Assembly (NCBI RefSeq): GCF_009931435.1
Contig: NZ_CP043414.1
Origin: Escherichia coli
GTDB lineage: Bacteria; Pseudomonadota; Gammaproteobacteria; Enterobacterales; Enterobacteriaceae
Length of the DNA stretch: 64,000 nt
Direction: 5' to 3' (one strand)
Shown piece after piece: positions 28,655 through 41,613 of this stretch. The notes under the pieces are model-generated. The model searched no databases, had not been told where the DNA came from, and saw only the letters and a list, made by a program, of their open reading frames with translations. A program made the position numbers and the translations under genes. Position 1 is the first letter of the stretch. Every line of letters starts with the position of its first letter.

Positions 28655-31327
28655 CTACAGCAAGCTCTTGACATAACTGTCAATGTCGCTGATGTATTTT
28701 TCTATTCCTGGAACATCCTTCTCACGAATCAGATGTTCCAGCGTTTCACATAACTGCTTGCCGGGTACCAGATTTAGCATGGCAAATACGCCTTTAAGAC
28801 GATGAGCCGTTTGGGCTAACGCAGCAAAGTCACTGGTTGCTGCTTCAGTATACAGCCTCTTAACATCATCCGGTACTGTGTCTACAAAGAGCGCATAATA
28901 GCCGCTGGCATGGAGTTGCGCATTTTCATCTCCGCCCAGAGGCGATTCTGTCACCTCTTCCTGCGCCAGTTGCACTTCAATTAATTGTAAGACCGCTTCC
29001 TGCATAGCGTTGCTCATATTGAAGTTGACGCACAATTGACCAGGCCCAATTTCCCGTACGCCAGACTCATCATCGCTTAAAAGCAAGCCAGAGGCAGTAA
29101 GATTAGACGGATTATCCGTTAAAAAGATATCATAATCTTGACTAATTAATCTTTCATCGGGTGTGATACAGGTTGCACCCCAATTTTCTAACTGGCGAGT
29201 GACAATATTCCGAATTTCTGCTGAAGTGACATCCACCATTACGCAGACATCATCCAGTAAACGCTCTTCTTCCTCTTCAACTTCCGGATCAGCTGCGAGC
29301 ATTTTGATATGCACAGAATAGCGTGTACCAAGCCCGTCCCGCGTTTTGATGTTTAAATGACCGCCCAGTTTACGCGCCAGTTGATCGCTCAACCAGAATG
29401 CCAGCGGGTCGGCCTTGCCATAGCGATCGTTTTGGGTCCGGTTGATAAACGGGAAGTGCAAATTATCCATTTCATGAATGCTTACGCCTTCACCGGTGTC
29501 CAGAATGCGGAAAGTCAGGCGGTCTTCGGACGATTCATCCTGATCAACCTCAAGGGTGATTTTTCCCAATTGTGTTGAGGTCACGGCATATTGCATCAAT
29601 AGCAGCAAAATACGGCGTAAGGCATCGCGATCGCCACGGCGCATATCGTGTGCTTTCAGATGATTGTTAATCAGCAGTTGCAGTCCTTTACGCTTGATGG
29701 CAGGCAATACTGAAGGCACAACTTCATCAATCAAATCCTGCACGGAGAACAGCTCCGTCTCACTTTTCCAGCTATCGTCCGCAAGCATATTCGCTAACTG
29801 TATTTCATCGACCAGCCGCACCAGCACATCTGCCTGATTCGCCAGTTGTTTGCCTTCCGGGGCGTTGAGTTTAGCCGCGCTCTCCGCCAGGGACTGTGCG
29901 GGTTCTTTCAGCGCATCGCCAATGTTTTTCATAAAGGTCATCCGCCCCTGCTGGTTTTTCTCATACAGACGCTGCGCCTGCTTGAGTTTCTTGTTTACCA
30001 GCACTTCGCGATCCTGATCGCGAATAATGAAAATTTGTGTGCGCGGCGCAACCTGGCTGCGGAACATGCGGATCTCATACAGCTCGTTATTGATCGTCGC
30101 CTGAATAATCCCCTGATGCTGCTCCGCCATGGTAGTGATGTTTTGCAGATTTAAATGCGGCAGCAAATGATCGGCAATTTTGTTACTTATGACAGTGCGG
30201 TTCGATTCCTGATCGTGAACCAGCAAGCCGAGCGGCAGCAGTGAGACTATCTCTTCATTAATTGCCCGTAAAATGCGCAATTCGTTATTGACCGCCGTGC
30301 TGGGGACGCTTTCTGTACTGCGGCTGGAGAAATGGCGGAATGTGGTATAGCCAAATAACGCCAGCGCCAGCAAACCGATGTTCAGCAGCAGTGGCAGCAG
30401 AATGTTTTGCAACGTATCCAGCAATAAGGTGCCATAAGGAACCTGCCAGACCAGGCGCATATCGGTAGAGTTGAGTGCCGAGGAGATTTCAATCTTCGTA
30501 CTGTTAAAGTGGATACTGACGCTATCCGTCCCTTCTTTCTCATTTTCATTGTTTCCCGTTGCCGTCGCGTCTGGCTCAAGGCGGAAACTGTCCAGCGGCA
30601 TACCCGGTGGGATCAAATCATTAATCGGCAGATCAAAAGCAACGACCGTTGCCAGATGTCCCGGCTGGTTGAACGTGGTACGCAAGGTAAAGTAATGACC
30701 GTTCTGCCAGGCCAGGCGGCGCAGGTTAGAAAAACTTTCGCGTTCATCGAGCGCGTTGGCCTGTTGCAACATCTCTGCGCGACGTGAATCAACAATGTCG
30801 CTGACGGTCGATTCTTTAAATCCGGAGGTGAGATCTTTGAGGGGCAGGGTCGAGATCAGTACCAGACTGTTATCCTGACCATTCAGGTAATACATCGACC
30901 ACGGTATATTTTCTGCGCCCCATAACGTGTCCAGATAGGTGGACATCCGTTGAGTCATCTCAAGCGTTGAGTTGTCGTGAGAGCCAAAGATTAACGCTTC
31001 CGTTTTGCGGCGTGGTTTTTCCAGATAGTAGACATCCTGTTTCAGGCGCGTCTCTTGTAAACCTTCGCCGGAGGAGGGGGAGGTCGTCGCGGCAATGTTG
31101 TCGTAGATCTGCCAGGTCACATAACGCCAGGTATCGACGCGCTTTTGGATAGCGTGGGTAATGTCGACAATCTGGTAACTTTTATCTTTCAGCCAGGCGT
31201 TAACGGCGCTTTGTACCATTACACCCATCGTCACCAGTAACACAATGATCAACAGTAAAAAGAAGCGGGTAATGCTCCCCGGTAGGAGTGAAAAGCGGGT
31301 CGTGGCCGTTGTCTCTTTCTGACGCAT
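28655..31327 (-). CDS. rcsD: Phosphotransfer protein RcsD
   Basis: 890-aa ORF with N-terminal TM segments and a C-terminal HPt region; immediately upstream of rcsB. Confidence 0.93.
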   Translation of the reverse strand: MRQKETTATTRFSLLPGSITRFFLLLIIVLLVTMGVMVQSAVNAWLKDKSYQIVDITHAIQKRVDTWRYVTWQIYDNIAATTSPSSGEGLQETRLKQDVYYLEKPRRKTEALIFGSHDNSTLEMTQRMSTYLDTLWGAENIPWSMYYLNGQDNSLVLISTLPLKDLTSGFKESTVSDIVDSRRAEMLQQANALDERESFSNLRRLAWQNGHYFTLRTTFNQPGHLATVVAFDLPINDLIPPGMPLDSFRLEPDATATGNNENEKEGTDSVSIHFNSTKIEISSALNSTDMRLVWQVPYGTLLLDTLQNILLPLLLNIGLLALALFGYTTFRHFSSRSTESVPSTAVNNELRILRAINEEIVSLLPLGLLVHDQESNRTVISNKIADHLLPHLNLQNITTMAEQHQGIIQATINNELYEIRMFRSQVAPRTQIFIIRDQDREVLVNKKLKQAQRLYEKNQQGRMTFMKNIGDALKEPAQSLAESAAKLNAPEGKQLANQADVLVRLVDEIQLANMLADDSWKSETELFSVQDLIDEVVPSVLPAIKRKGLQLLINNHLKAHDMRRGDRDALRRILLLLMQYAVTSTQLGKITLEVDQDESSEDRLTFRILDTGEGVSIHEMDNLHFPFINRTQNDRYGKADPLAFWLSDQLARKLGGHLNIKTRDGLGTRYSVHIKMLAADPEVEEEEERLLDDVCVMVDVTSAEIRNIVTRQLENWGATCITPDERLISQDYDIFLTDNPSNLTASGLLLSDDESGVREIGPGQLCVNFNMSNAMQEAVLQLIEVQLAQEEVTESPLGGDENAQLHASGYYALFVDTVPDDVKRLYTEAATSDFAALAQTAHRLKGVFAMLNLVPGKQLCETLEHLIREKDVPGIEKYISDIDSYVKSLL

Positions 31328-31638
31328 TCGTGTTTATGACCTGTTAAAACTTCGCGAAGTGATAGGGCAGTATAAAGGGTACAGTGTGAAATTCCAGACT
31401 CTTACCTGATTGATGATTCTCTATTCTCCCGTGATATTTATCATCCTGCATTGGGGGAAATAGATGTACAAGCGCCATTTTGCTGTACAAATAACCTACA
31501 AAAAGCCTAACGAAATTAATTGCAAATAAACGAAGATTGCTGGAAATTATGCTGATGTTAATTATTTGTGAAATAGTTAACAAGCGTTATAGTTTTTCTG
31601 TGGTAGCACAGAATAATGAAAAGTGTGTAAAGAAGGGT

Positions 31639-31731
31639 AAAAAAAACCGGATGCGAGGCATCCGGTTGAAATAGGGGTAAACAGACATTCAGAAATGAAT
31701 GACGGTAATAAATAAAGTTAATGATGATAGC
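31639..31731 (-). ncRNA. micF: micF antisense sRNA, divergent from ompC
   Basis: Minus strand reads gctatcatcattaactttatttattaccgtcattcatttctgaatgtc..., ending in the hairpin ccggatgcctcgcatccgg plus a T8 run. Confidence 0.85.
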
Positions 31732-31884
31732 GGGAGATATTCTAGTTGCGAGTGAAGGTTTTGTTTTGACATTCAGTGCTGTCAAATACTTAAGAATAAG
31801 TTATTGATTTTAACCTTGAATTATTATTGCTTGATGTTAGGTGCTTATTTCGCCATTCCGCAATAATCTTAAAAAGTTCCCTTG

Positions 31885-31980
31885 TATTTACATTCTGAAA
31901 CATCTATAGCGATAAATGAAACATCTTAAAAGTTTTAGTATCATATTCGTGTTGGATTATTCTGCATTTTTGGGGAGAAT
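31885..31980 (+). promoter_or_regulatory. ompC promoter region with OmpR binding boxes and a GAGAAT -10
   Basis: Repeated TTTACAT / GAAACAT OmpR-type half-sites; gagaat at 31975-31980, about 85 nt before the ompC ATG. Confidence 0.6.
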
Positions 31981-32050
31981 GGACTTGCCGACTGATTAAT
32001 GAGGGTTAATCAGTATGCAGTGGCATAAAAAAGCAAATAAAGGCATATAA

Positions 32051-33169
<1,119 letters not shown>

Positions 33170-33187
33170 TCTCGATTGATATCGAAC

Positions 33188-33211
33188 AAAGGGCCTGCGG
33201 GCCCTTTTTTC
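33188..33211 (+). terminator. Rho-independent terminator of ompC
   Basis: aaagggcc-tgcg-ggccc followed by T6. Confidence 0.8.
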
Positions 33212-33280
33212 ATTGTTTTCAGCGTACAAACACAGTTTTTTGGTGTACTCTTGCGACCGTTCGCATGAGGATAATCACGT

Positions 33281-34336
33281 ATGGAAATAAGCTTTACCCG
33301 CGTGGCACTGCTGGCTGCCGCGCTCTTCTTTGTTGGTTGCGATCAAAAACCACAACCCGCCAAAACCCACGCTATTGAAGTTACCGTTCTCGAAGGCAAA
33401 ACCATGGGTACCTTCTGGCGTGCCAGCATTCCGGGCATTGACGCCAAACGCAGTGCCGAACTTAAAGAAAAGATTCAGACCCAGCTGGACGCTGACGATC
33501 AGCTGCTTTCGACCTATAAAAAAGATTCCGCGCTGATGCGATTTAACGACTCGCAAAGTTTATCGCCGTGGCCGGTAAGTGAAGCGATGGCCGATATCGT
33601 CACTACCTCGCTGCGCATTGGCGCAAGGACCGATGGTGCGATGGATATAACCGTCGGGCCGCTGGTGAATCTGTGGGGCTTTGGCCCGGAACAACAGCCG
33701 GTTCAAATTCCGAGCCAGGAACAAATTGATGCGATGAAAGCCAAAACCGGCTTACAGCACCTGACGGTCATTAATCAGTCGCATCAGCAATATCTGCAAA
33801 AAGACCTGCCGGAATTATATGTCGATCTCTCCACCGTCGGCGAAGGCTATGCGGCGGATCATCTGGCACGCTTGATGGAGCAGGAAGGGATTTCCCGCTA
33901 TCTGGTGTCGGTGGGCGGCGCGCTGAACAGCCGTGGTATGAACGGTGAAGGCCAGCCGTGGCGGGTAGCGATTCAAAAACCAACTGATAAAGAAAACGCG
34001 GTTCAGGCCGTGGTGGATATCAACGGTCATGGCATTAGCACCTCTGGCAGCTACCGTAACTATTACGAACTGGACGGCAAACGTCTTTCCCATGTTATCG
34101 ATCCGCAAACCGGGCGTCCCATCGAACACAATCTGGTATCCGTGACGGTGATTGCCCCGACGGCGCTGGAAGCCGACGCCTGGGATACTGGCTTAATGGT
34201 GCTTGGGCCGGAGAAAGCCAAAGAGGTTGTTCGCCGGGAAGGGCTGGCGGTTTATATGATCACCAAAGAGGGCGATAGCTTTAAAACCTGGATGTCGCCA
34301 CAGTTTAAAAGCTTCCTGGTGAGCGAAAAAAATTAA
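33281..34336 (+). CDS. apbE: FAD:protein FMN transferase ApbE (lipoprotein)
   Basis: 351-aa ORF; lipobox-like LFFVGC signal; gene order between ompC and ada. Confidence 0.93.
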   Translation: MEISFTRVALLAAALFFVGCDQKPQPAKTHAIEVTVLEGKTMGTFWRASIPGIDAKRSAELKEKIQTQLDADDQLLSTYKKDSALMRFNDSQSLSPWPVSEAMADIVTTSLRIGARTDGAMDITVGPLVNLWGFGPEQQPVQIPSQEQIDAMKAKTGLQHLTVINQSHQQYLQKDLPELYVDLSTVGEGYAADHLARLMEQEGISRYLVSVGGALNSRGMNGEGQPWRVAIQKPTDKENAVQAVVDINGHGISTSGSYRNYYELDGKRLSHVIDPQTGRPIEHNLVSVTVIAPTALEADAWDTGLMVLGPEKAKEVVRREGLAVYMITKEGDSFKTWMSPQFKSFLVSEKN

Positions 34337-34342
34337 AGCGCA
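34335..34342 (+). promoter_or_regulatory. Ada box (AAAGCGCA) of the ada-alkB promoter
   Basis: aattaaagcgcaag about 70 bp upstream of the ada ATG, overlapping the apbE stop. Confidence 0.55.
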
Positions 34343-34409
34343 AGATTGTTGGTTTTTGCGTGATGGTGACCGGGCAGACTAAAGGCTATCCTTAACCAGG
34401 GAGCTGATT

Positions 34410-35474
34410 ATGAAAAACGCCACATGCTTAACTGACGATCAACGCTGGCAATCTGTCTTAGCCCGCGACCCGAACGCCGACGGCGAATTCGTTTTCGCCG
34501 TGCGCACCACGGGTATTTTTTGCCGTCCGTCTTGCCGAGCCAGACATGCCTTGCGGGAAAATGTCTCCTTCTACGCAAATGCCAGCGAGGCACTCGCCGC
34601 CGGATTTCGCCCCTGCAAACGTTGTCAGCCAGACAAAGCCAATCCCCGGCAACATCGCCTTGATAAAATTACCCACGCCTGCCGACTGCTGGAACAGGAA
34701 ACGCCTGTAACGCTGGAAGCCTTAGCCGACCAGGTGGCGATGAGTCCGTTCCATCTGCATCGGTTGTTTAAAGCGACTACCGGAATGACGCCTAAAGCCT
34801 GGCAACAGGCCTGGCGCGCTCGCCGTTTGCGTGAATCGCTGGCGAAAGGGGAGAGCGTGACGACGTCTATTCTTAACGCCGGATTCCCCGACAGCAGCAG
34901 TTACTACCGCAAAGCTGACGAAACGCTGGGCATGACGGCTAAACAATTCCGTCATGGTGGCGAAAATCTGGCGGTGCGTTACGCGCTGGCTGATTGTGAG
35001 CTGGGCCGTTGCCTGGTGGCAGAAAGCGAGCGGGGGATTTGCGCGATATTGCTGGGCGATGATGACGCGACGCTAATCAGCGAGTTGCAGCAGATGTTTC
35101 CCGCTGCCGACAACGCGCCTGCCGATCTGACGTTTCAGCAACATGTGCGTGAAGTGATCGCCAGTCTCAATCAACGCGATACGCCGCTGACGTTACCGCT
35201 GGACATTCGCGGCACTGCTTTTCAGCAACAAGTCTGGCAGGCACTGCGCACGATACCTTGTGGTGAAACCGTCAGTTATCAGCAACTGGCGAACGCCATC
35301 GGCAAACCGAAAGCGGTACGGGCCGTTGCCAGCGCCTGTGCAGCCAACAAGCTCGCTATCGTAATACCCTGTCATCGGGTAGTCCATGGTGATGGCACAC
35401 TTTCCGGTTACCGCTGGGGCGTGTCGCGCAAAGCGCAACTGCTGCGCCGTGAAGCTGAAAATGAGGAGAGGTAA
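34410..35474 (+). CDS. ada: Bifunctional regulator / O6-methylguanine-DNA methyltransferase Ada
   Basis: 354-aa ORF; N-terminal Zn-Cys cluster (FCRPSCRA...CKRC), C-terminal active site IVIPCHRVV. Confidence 0.95.
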   Translation: MKNATCLTDDQRWQSVLARDPNADGEFVFAVRTTGIFCRPSCRARHALRENVSFYANASEALAAGFRPCKRCQPDKANPRQHRLDKITHACRLLEQETPVTLEALADQVAMSPFHLHRLFKATTGMTPKAWQQAWRARRLRESLAKGESVTTSILNAGFPDSSSYYRKADETLGMTAKQFRHGGENLAVRYALADCELGRCLVAESERGICAILLGDDDATLISELQQMFPAADNAPADLTFQQHVREVIASLNQRDTPLTLPLDIRGTAFQQQVWQALRTIPCGETVSYQQLANAIGKPKAVRAVASACAANKLAIVIPCHRVVHGDGTLSGYRWGVSRKAQLLRREAENEER

Positions 35475-36124
35475 TGTTGGATCTGTTTGCCGATGCTGAA
35501 CCGTGGCAAGAGCCACTGGCGGCTGGTGCGGTGATTTTGCACCGTTTTGCTTTTAACGCTGCGGAGCAACTAATCCGCGATATTAATGACGTTGCCAGCC
35601 AGTCGCCGTTTCGCCAGATGGTCACTCCAGGCGGTTATACCATGTCGGTGGCGATGACCAACTGTGGGCATCTGGGCTGGACGACCAATCGGCAAGGTTA
35701 TCTCTATTCGCCCATTGATCCGCAAACAAATAAACCATGGCCCGCCATGCCGCAGAGTTTTCATGATTTATGTCAACGTGCGGCGACGGCGGCGGGCTAT
35801 CCAGATTTCCAGCCAGATGCTTGTCTTATCAACCGCTACGCTCCTGGCGCGAAACTGTCGCTGCATCAGGATAAAGACGAACCGGATCTGCGTGCGCCAA
35901 TAGTTTCTGTTTCTCTGGGCTTACCCGCGATTTTTCAATTTGGTGGCCTGAAACGAAATGATCCGCTCAAACGTTTATTGCTGGAACATGGCGATGTGGT
36001 GGTATGGGGCGGTGAATCGCGGCTGTTTTATCACGGCATTCAACCGTTGAAAGCGGGCTTTCATCCACTCACCGCCGACTGCCGCTACAACCTGACATTC
36101 CGTCAGGCAGGTAAAAAAGAATAA
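35474..36124 (+). CDS. alkB: Alpha-ketoglutarate-dependent dioxygenase AlkB
   Basis: 216-aa ORF; Fe-binding HQDKDE motif; ATG overlaps the ada TAA. Confidence 0.95.
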   Translation: MLDLFADAEPWQEPLAAGAVILHRFAFNAAEQLIRDINDVASQSPFRQMVTPGGYTMSVAMTNCGHLGWTTNRQGYLYSPIDPQTNKPWPAMPQSFHDLCQRAATAAGYPDFQPDACLINRYAPGAKLSLHQDKDEPDLRAPIVSVSLGLPAIFQFGGLKRNDPLKRLLLEHGDVVVWGGESRLFYHGIQPLKAGFHPLTADCRYNLTFRQAGKKE

Positions 36125-36199
36125 AAATAAGAATTATTATTGCTGTGCGCGCGGAGATGTTTAAACTGCGGGCTGTAATTCATTGTCCGGGTTTTTTGC

Positions 36200-37843
36200 A
36201 TGGAACTTCTTGTACTTGTCTGGCGGCAGTATCGCTGGCCATTTATCAGTGTGATGGCGCTAAGCCTCGCCAGTGCGGCATTAGGCATTGGCTTAATTGC
36301 TTTTATCAATCAGCGCCTTATCGAAACGGCGGATACCAGTCTGCTGGTGTTGCCGGAGTTTCTCGGTTTATTGCTGCTGTTAATGGCGGTGACGCTAGGT
36401 TCGCAACTGGCGCTCACCACTCTGGGGCATCATTTCGTTTACCGACTGCGTAGCGAATTTATCAAGCGGATTCTGGATACTCACGTCGAGCGTATCGAAC
36501 AACTCGGTAGCGCCTCGTTGCTGGCGGGGTTAACCAGCGATGTGCGCAATATCACTATTGCGTTTGTTCGTCTGCCAGAACTGGTGCAGGGGATCATTCT
36601 CACTATCGGTTCGGCGGCGTATCTGTGGATGCTGTCGGGCAAGATGTTGCTGGTAACGGCTATCTGGATGGCGGTCACCATCTGGGGCGGTTTTGTACTG
36701 GTGGCGCGGGTTTACAAACATATGGCGACCCTGCGTGAAACCGAAGACAAGCTGTACACGGATTTTCAAACTGTACTCGAAGGGCGCAAAGAGCTGACTC
36801 TTAACCGTGAACGCGCCGAGTATGTGTTTAACAACCTCTACATTCCTGATGCGCAAGAGTATCGCCATCATATCATCCGCGCAGACACCTTCCATCTTAG
36901 TGCTGTGAACTGGTCAAACATCATGATGCTGGGCGCAATCGGCCTGGTGTTCTGGATGGCGAACAGTCTCGGTTGGGCTGATACCAACGTTGCCGCGACC
37001 TATTCGCTAACGCTGTTATTCCTGCGTACGCCGCTGCTTTCGGCGGTTGGCGCATTACCGACGCTGCTGACGGCGCAGGTGGCGTTTAACAAGCTGAATA
37101 AATTCGCACTCGCGCCTTTCAAAGCAGAGTTTCCGCGTCCGCAGACGTTTCCCAACTGGCAAACGCTGGAGCTGCGCAATGTTACGTTTGCTTATCAGGA
37201 TAACGCGTTTTCCGTTGGGCCGATTAACCTCACCATTAAACGTGGCGAACTGCTGTTTCTGATTGGCGGCAACGGTAGCGGGAAATCGACACTGGCGATG
37301 TTGCTGACGGGCTTGTATCAACCACAAAGTGGCGAAATTTTGCTGGATGGCAAACCTGTCAGCGGCGAACAACCGGAAGATTATCGCAAACTGTTTTCGG
37401 CAGTGTTTACCGATGTCTGGTTGTTTGATCAACTGCTGGGGCCGGAGGGGAAACCTGCTAACCCGCAACTGGTTGAGAAGTGGCTGGCGCAGCTGAAAAT
37501 GGCTCATAAGCTTGAGTTAAGCAACGGGCGTATTGTTAACCTGAAGTTATCAAAAGGGCAGAAAAAACGCGTCGCGCTGTTGCTGGCGCTGGCAGAAGAA
37601 CGCGATATTATCCTGTTGGATGAATGGGCGGCGGATCAGGACCCACACTTCCGTCGTGAGTTTTATCAGGTGCTGCTGCCGCTGATGCAGGAGATGGGTA
37701 AAACGATTTTCGCCATCAGTCATGATGATCATTACTTTATCCACGCTGACCGCCTGCTGGAAATGCGCAACGGGCTACTTAGCGAGCTGACAGGTGAAGA
37801 GCGCGATGCTGCTTCGCGTGATGCCGTTGCCCGGACGGCGTAA
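36200..37843 (+). CDS. yojI: ABC-type efflux transporter YojI (fused permease-ATPase)
   Basis: 547-aa ORF; N-terminal TM domain, Walker [13 protein letters not shown] signature LSKGQKKR. Confidence 0.92.
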   Translation: MELLVLVWRQYRWPFISVMALSLASAALGIGLIAFINQRLIETADTSLLVLPEFLGLLLLLMAVTLGSQLALTTLGHHFVYRLRSEFIKRILDTHVERIEQLGSASLLAGLTSDVRNITIAFVRLPELVQGIILTIGSAAYLWMLSGKMLLVTAIWMAVTIWGGFVLVARVYKHMATLRETEDKLYTDFQTVLEGRKELTLNRERAEYVFNNLYIPDAQEYRHHIIRADTFHLSAVNWSNIMMLGAIGLVFWMANSLGWADTNVAATYSLTLLFLRTPLLSAVGALPTLLTAQVAFNKLNKFALAPFKAEFPRPQTFPNWQTLELRNVTFAYQDNAFSVGPINLTIKRGELLFLIGGNGSGKSTLAMLLTGLYQPQSGEILLDGKPVSGEQPEDYRKLFSAVFTDVWLFDQLLGPEGKPANPQLVEKWLAQLKMAHKLELSNGRIVNLKLSKGQKKRVALLLALAEERDIILLDEWAADQDPHFRREFYQVLLPLMQEMGKTIFAISHDDHYFIHADRLLEMRNGLLSELTGEERDAASRDAVARTA

Positions 37844-38048
37844 TATTTCGACGCTGACCTGGCGGACTGCTGCCGCCAGGTCAATATTCTAAAAAACCCT
37901 TCGTTTCTAATAACCCTATAATTAATCAACGAAATTATAATGTTTCTAAAATTGGAATATAATTTATAAACATTATTTAAATGTTGTTACTTAAGTGTTA
38001 CCGTTGATGCCGCGCAAATCTCACCTGCAATAAAGCGACTAAAAGTAA

Positions 38049-39707
<1,659 letters not shown>

Positions 39708-39714
39708 TGATGTG

Positions 39715-39952
39715 CCACATCCGGCATGTTATGCCGGATGTGGCGTATGCTGATAAGACGCGCCAGCGTCGCATCAGTCAACCGGCTTGGGCGTTAGATG
39801 TCGGATGCGGCGTGACCGCCTTATCCGACCTACGGGGTGGAGCACTTCACAGCGGTGTAGGCCTGATAAGACGCGCCAGCGTCGCATCAGTCAACCGGCT
39901 TGGGCGTTAGATGTCGGATGCGGCGTGACCGCCTTATCCGACCTACGGGGTG
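39715..39952. repeat. REP/BIME cluster between mqo and eco: 29-bp perfect hairpin then two tandem ~90-bp copies (113-bp period)
   Basis: ccacatccggcat-gtt-atgccggatgtgg; then tgataagacgcgccagcgtcgcatcagtcaaccggcttgggcgttagatgtcggatgcggcgtgaccgccttatccgacctacggggtg at 39751 and again at 39864. Confidence 0.85.
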
Positions 39953-39969
39953 CCACACTTCACGGCAGT

Positions 39970-40458
39970 TTAGCGGACTACCGCGTTGTCAATTTTCTCT
40001 TCCGCCTTCCAGATGCGGTATTTCACATCTACATTGTCTGGCGTATACACCACGATCGGCAGCTTGCTGTTGTAACGCAGCATTCCAGCATCGCCCAGAT
40101 ACGCGGTGACAAATTTCTTCTCTTTCTTGCCATCCGGGCAGGCCATCATCGTGGAAACCGGCGAGCTAACTTTATCAAAGACGTAATAATCATAGCCCCA
40201 GCCTTCCAGCGTTTTGCTTTCCAGCTTCCCGCCGAGACGATGCAAATTGCAATCGACTTCCAGCGTCTGACCGATTAACAGTTCTACTTTCAGGGTAGAT
40301 TCATCTTCTTGCGGGGTTAACTGAATCACCTGGCGCTTCATGCCTTTTTCAGCTTGTGGATAAGGCGCGATTTTTTCCAGTGGCTGGACGCTCTCTGCCG
40401 CCCAGGCGGAAGTGGTGGCGAAAGCGGCAAACAATACTGCAGGTAGAATGGTCTTCAT
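39970..40458 (-). CDS. eco: Ecotin, periplasmic serine protease inhibitor
   Basis: Start [20 protein letters not shown] (162 aa) inside the 169-aa ORF. Confidence 0.93.
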   Translation of the reverse strand: MKTILPAVLFAAFATTSAWAAESVQPLEKIAPYPQAEKGMKRQVIQLTPQEDESTLKVELLIGQTLEVDCNLHRLGGKLESKTLEGWGYDYYVFDKVSSPVSTMMACPDGKKEKKFVTAYLGDAGMLRYNSKLPIVVYTPDNVDVKYRIWKAEEKIDNAVVR

Positions 40459-40717
40459 TTTTTTGCTTTCCTTCTTCATTTATAGGTTTTCACCGATGAT
40501 GTCGCTGAAGGTTAACATATTCATCAGATTTATTAATTTGCTTTATGAATAACTTAAAGAACATTCAGACAATTTTACCTGCTCTTTTAGTGTTAAATTC
40601 TGACGAGAGAACAAACCAGTAGAAATATCTCTGGTGAATTAATCGCTATATAAATATTTTTATAACCATTTGAAATGTGAGCAAAAGCCCGTTTTTGCCA
40701 CGCTTCCCGCCACTCTT

Positions 40718-40752
40718 TTGATCCTGCTACAGGTTTTACCTCGATCGGGGTA
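40718..40752 (+). promoter_or_regulatory. napF control region: FNR-like site (TTGAT-N4-CTACA) and NarP/NarL 7-2-7 site (TACCTCG-at-CGGGGTA)
   Basis: Half-site pattern seen in sequence; the two centres are 20 bp apart, as I recall for the -64.5 and -44.5 sites of napF. Confidence 0.55.
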
Positions 40753-40865
40753 TGCATCTTTGACACATCCTTTAATATCTTAGCGGCTATAAAAATGGCT
40801 TATTAATTATGCGGTTTATTTGGTCGCTCTCAATTTTCAGAGCGCGTTAATGATGGAAGGTCAAT

Positions 40866-41360
40866 GTGAAGATTGATGCATCCCGTCGGGGCATACTCAC
40901 TGGTCGCTGGCGCAAAGCCAGTAACGGTATCCGTCCGCCCTGGTCCGGTGATGAATCTCATTTTCTGACCCATTGCACCCGCTGTGACGCCTGTATTAAT
41001 GCTTGTGAAAACAACATTCTGCAACGCGGCGCGGGGGGCTATCCGAGCGTTAATTTCAAAAATAACGAGTGCAGCTTCTGTTATGCCTGCGCGCAAGCTT
41101 GCCCCGAATCGCTATTTTCTCCGCGCCACACCAGGGCCTGGGATTTGCAGTTCACCATTGGGGACGCGTGCCTGGCGTATCAGTCAGTTGAATGCCGTCG
41201 CTGTCAGGATAGCTGTGAGCCAATGGCAATTATCTTTCGCCCGACGCTCTCCGGGATCTACCAGCCGCAACTTAATAGCCAACTTTGCAACGGATGTGGA
41301 GCATGTGCAGCCAGCTGTCCGGTATCAGCCATAACTGCGGAGTATCTCCATGCACACTAA
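40866..41360 (+). CDS. napF: Ferredoxin-type protein NapF
   Basis: 164-aa ORF, GTG start; several CxxCxxCxxxCP 4Fe-4S motifs. Confidence 0.93.
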   Translation: MKIDASRRGILTGRWRKASNGIRPPWSGDESHFLTHCTRCDACINACENNILQRGAGGYPSVNFKNNECSFCYACAQACPESLFSPRHTRAWDLQFTIGDACLAYQSVECRRCQDSCEPMAIIFRPTLSGIYQPQLNSQLCNGCGACAASCPVSAITAEYLHAH

Positions 41361-41613
41361 CTGGCAAGTTTGCAGCCTGGTCGTGCAGGCCAAAAGCGAA
41401 CGAATTTCAGACATCAGCACCCAACTGAACGCCTTTCCCGGCTGTGAAGTCGCTGTCAGCGACGCGCCGAGCGGTCAGTTGATTGTGGTGGTGGAAGCAG
41501 AAGACAGCGAAACGCTGATCCAAACCATTGAGTCAGTACGCAACGTAGAGGGCGTGCTGGCGGTGTCGCTGGTTTATCACCAGCAGGAAGAGCAAGGTGA
41601 GGAAACACCATGA
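41350..41613 (+). CDS. napD: NapA chaperone NapD
   Basis: 87-aa ORF overlapping the napF stop and the napA start. Confidence 0.93.
   Translation: MHTNWQVCSLVVQAKSERISDISTQLNAFPGCEVAVSDAPSGQLIVVVEAEDSETLIQTIESVRNVEGVLAVSLVYHQQEEQGEETP

Noticed and set aside
31344-31785. Minus-strand ORFs of 79 and 75 aa between rcsD and ompC
   Set aside because: They overlap the micF sRNA and its promoter; AT-rich non-coding regulatory DNA
34408-34676. Short minus-strand ORFs (61 and 72 aa) at the ada start
   Set aside because: Antisense to the ada coding region and promoter; no independent support
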